Part shown: positions 61,458 through 64,000 of the stretch, one piece after another
Position numbering within the stretch: position 1 is the first letter of the stretch
Layout of the letters: each line of letters opens with the position of its first letter
IMG/VR virus record: IMGVR_UViG_3300025012_000026
Location: 124,001 to 188,000 of that record
Length of the DNA stretch: 64,000 nt
Direction: 5' to 3' (one strand)
The notes under the pieces: generated by a model
What the model saw: the letters and a program-made list of their open reading frames with translations, nothing else
Databases searched by the model: none
Told to the model about the DNA's origin: nothing
Translations under genes and position numbers: made by a program

Positions 61458-61832
61458 TCATCTACATAACTTTAAATTTTTTAACCAATTTAATTCTTTT
61501 GGAAAATCATCATAATCGATAATTCCCATATTAATACATGTCAATGTATTAGGTTCTAAATCCGTCCATCCTCTATCTCTGATAGCGATATAACCTTTAA
61601 CTTCTAATTCCTCTAATTTTGATTGCGGAGCATAAAGAATAATTTTCTTTTGATAATTCGTCATATATAATTCAATAGTTGAATCGTATTCCTTACTCTC
61701 ATCAATCATAAAATTATAAAAATATACTGCTACTGCGTGTCCGACTTGACCTGCAAGTTTTCCTTTATTGATTTCAATATCTTCATTAACTAATATATAC
61801 ATTCTTAAATCCATAATTAAATCTCCTATCAA
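61458..61832 (-). CDS. pth2: peptidyl-tRNA hydrolase, Pth2 family
   Basis: MYILVN.D....KGKLAGQVGHA...KIIL...I.DRG.TD...T.TC. Confidence 0.85.
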   Translation of the reverse strand: MIGDLIMDLRMYILVNEDIEINKGKLAGQVGHAVAVYFYNFMIDESKEYDSTIELYMTNYQKKIILYAPQSKLEELEVKGYIAIRDRGWTDLEPNTLTCINMGIIDYDDFPKELNWLKNLKLCR

Positions 61833-62024
61833 TCTCTAAAAATCAATTCTTTATCTTGATAATCCTGACTAATAACTTCATACTTAAACTCAGTCAATAT
61901 TGCATAATTTCTACAAGTCCTTCATTTTCTTGATTAAAAGACACCCAAATTACTTCTTTTATATTTGTGTCTTTACTTTTACAGTAAGGGCATGGGATGT
62001 TGTTTATCATTATTTACTCCTTTT

Positions 62025-62231
62025 CTAACATGGATAACCTTCATGTAATTCATCTCTTGAATCAGTATAAAAACTTTCTTGATACATGTCGCACTCTTCA
62101 TTATCGCATTTGAAAATATCTCCCTCTTTCTCTATCCAAGATTGAGGGTACGACCAATAATGTTCTGCTACTTGACGCTTACCATAGTAATCTGTGCATT
62201 TTAATTCATAACTACAATATGGACATTCCAT
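62025..62231 (-). CDS. Zn-ribbon protein, paralog of 21814-22104
   Basis: MECPYC...EHYW..PQSWIE..GDIF.C...FYTD...LHEGYPC. Confidence 0.75.
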   Translation of the reverse strand: MECPYCSYELKCTDYYGKRQVAEHYWSYPQSWIEKEGDIFKCDNEECDMYQESFYTDSRDELHEGYPC

Positions 62232-62316
62232 AAAAAAATATCACATCCAAATCTTTATCAGGAAGATATACTTCGTTTATCTCCATATATCTTCCATTTA
62301 CTCCACTTTCTAAATC

Positions 62317-64000
62317 TTATTTCAAAACTCTCGCTCTAATTTCTGCTAAACTTTCATCTCTTACTAATTTTCCATCAATAAATACATCTTCAAGTAAATC
62401 AATAATATCAATTGCATCTTTTTCCATTTCATTTAATCCATCAACCAAATAGATACCATTTTCACCATCAACTACTGCAACCATTCCTTTTTGAGATTTT
62501 TTGATTCCACCAATATCGGTTTTAGGATCTTTAAAGATAAACTTTTCAACTCCATCAATAACCGTATAAGTGGCCTTTAAAGCGAACGAAAATGTGTCTC
62601 TGGTGTGATAACCTAAAGAATAACTTCCAACTCCGTATACGATGTTTTCTGCTGAAAACCCCTTTGCTTCTAATTGTTTGAAAGTTTCTTCTGCAATTTC
62701 TGGACTTATGCTATCTCCATATATTAAGCCCACATGACTATCTAGTACCTTATACCCTTTACTATTAATAGTTCCTCCAAAGGTATCCCATAATGCTTCT
62801 ACAGAACCCTTTTGCTCTATAGTTAATTTTACTTCTTTACAAATATGAACATTAGCACCATCAATATAATAATATTGTTTATCATGTCTATTCCAATCAA
62901 TTTCAATAACAATTTCATAATGCTTATCTTGAAATTTAAAAATTGCATCTTGCCTAGAAATACCATGTTCTCCATGAGGTGTATCATTTCTTATATCGTC
63001 AATTATTCTCTCCAACATAATTTCCTTGCAATCTTCCAGATTATCACAATATTCTTCATTGGTTAAATCTTCAACAATCACATTACCGCAAATAATCTTT
63101 ATTGGACTTCCAGAATCAGGACGAATGACACACTTACCATTTCTACTCATAATATCATCTTTCAATGAAGGTAAAATATTCCCCAAGACATTAAAATAAT
63201 CATACCCATCACTAACTATACTTACAATTCCACTAGGGGCAACTTCAGTAATCATTCTCTTAAAATATCTCAAATCATCTTGATATCCACATTGAATACT
63301 ATGTTCCGTTGCTAACACACTTGCTGAAACTAATTCCTTTTCCACATTAACACCATAATATTGCTCTAAATATTGAATACTTGGAATCGTATCACTACCA
63401 GTAAAATATAATAAATGTCCTGCTCCTGTAGTTACTGCATCTTCATGACCACTCATACCTCTATAACTAAAATTATGACATTGCCATTGAATATGATCTT
63501 TACTATCACATGTTTTCTCAGCCCACTTTTCACAAATGTCTCTATATTTCTTTACAATTGTTGTTGCAGTAATTACTTTCCACATATTTGCGGAAATCAA
63601 TGTCTCTAAGAAATTAGTCAACCAATAGAACTCTTTTTTAGTATTTTCAATTGTAAACACAGGAACTTTCATTGGAATCAATGTGCCTTCTTTTACTGCC
63701 TTGATTTTAATAGGAAGGTATCCTAAATCATGTAATGCTTCAATATGAGTTGTATCTGCACAATTATCTCCTAGAGAATTTTTAATGATTCTTTTATAAT
63801 CTGCAACTACTATTGATTTATCAACATTGAAAAAGTTTTCATTGAAATTATCAATTAGATAATCTTTAATAAATCCTTGTAAACCAAAGAATACTACTTC
63901 ATTAATTCCTTCAATTCTTGAATGTCTAGGCGTAAATGTAGAATAAATTTTTTCTGTACCTTTTTCACTCATAATGAGGTGGCTTATTTTGTACGAATCT
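62317..64000 (-). CDS. nicotinamide phosphoribosyltransferase family (Nampt/NadV or Namat), 5' end beyond the window
   Basis: frame continues to the window edge as ...DSYKISH; FFGLQ, HNFSYRG, ATEHS, VSDGYD, IRPDSG, IYGDSI, GVGSY and KDPKTD...KKSQKG motifs. Confidence 0.92.
   Translation of the reverse strand, partial: DSYKISHLIMSEKGTEKIYSTFTPRHSRIEGINEVVFFGLQGFIKDYLIDNFNENFFNVDKSIVVADYKRIIKNSLGDNCADTTHIEALHDLGYLPIKIKAVKEGTLIPMKVPVFTIENTKKEFYWLTNFLETLISANMWKVITATTIVKKYRDICEKWAEKTCDSKDHIQWQCHNFSYRGMSGHEDAVTTGAGHLLYFTGSDTIPSIQYLEQYYGVNVEKELVSASVLATEHSIQCGYQDDLRYFKRMITEVAPSGIVSIVSDGYDYFNVLGNILPSLKDDIMSRNGKCVIRPDSGSPIKIICGNVIVEDLTNEEYCDNLEDCKEIMLERIIDDIRNDTPHGEHGISRQDAIFKFQDKHYEIVIEIDWNRHDKQYYYIDGANVHICKEVKLTIEQKGSVEALWDTFGGTINSKGYKVLDSHVGLIYGDSISPEIAEETFKQLEAKGFSAENIVYGVGSYSLGYHTRDTFSFALKATYTVIDGVEKFIFKDPKTDIGGIKKSQKGMVAVVDGENGIYLVDGLNEMEKDAIDIIDLLEDVFIDGKLVRDESLAEIRARVLK

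Noticed and set aside
2255-63609. All + strand ORFs in the track (e.g. 2255-2587, 13727-14104, 53334-53675, 54633-54905)
   Set aside because: They are antisense shadows of long minus-strand genes, with Ser/Leu/Ile/Phe-rich composition and no RBS or motifs noticed.

Overview
This is a 64-kb slice of a large, AT-rich, SPbeta-like temperate phage or prophage from a Firmicutes host, most likely clostridial. Essentially all real genes lie on the minus strand. In window order it contains: (1) 1-15 kb, a replication module with RecD2-like helicase, DnaE, PD-(D/E)XK nuclease, primase, DnaB, and YorH-, YorG- and YorF-like proteins, with two free-standing HNH genes; (2) 15-50 kb, an accessory array of short hypothetical genes, plus LigA, further homing endonucleases, a tRNA-like element and about 20 copies of an intergenic imperfect palindrome with a 6-bp spacer (dif/pdif-like); (3) 50-59 kb, a regulatory locus; (4) 59-64 kb, DUF1385, an HD-like protein, Pth2 and a 5'-truncated Nampt/Namat. 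The regulatory locus is the best candidate for a new system. Homologs of the SPbeta lysogeny genes yopQ (sroE) and yopR (mrpR/sroF) are not preceded by arbitrium (aimR-aimP-aimX). They are preceded instead by an Agr-type cassette: an unannotated 39-aa AgrD propeptide, AgrB, two paralogous kinase-less AgrC-like membrane proteins, a DUF5317 membrane protein, an XRE-HTH-MazF fusion and a second stand-alone MazF. This suggests a cyclic-peptide quorum-sensing lysis/lysogeny switch wired to phage-encoded MazF. All family assignments come from motif recognition by eye; no database searches were run.
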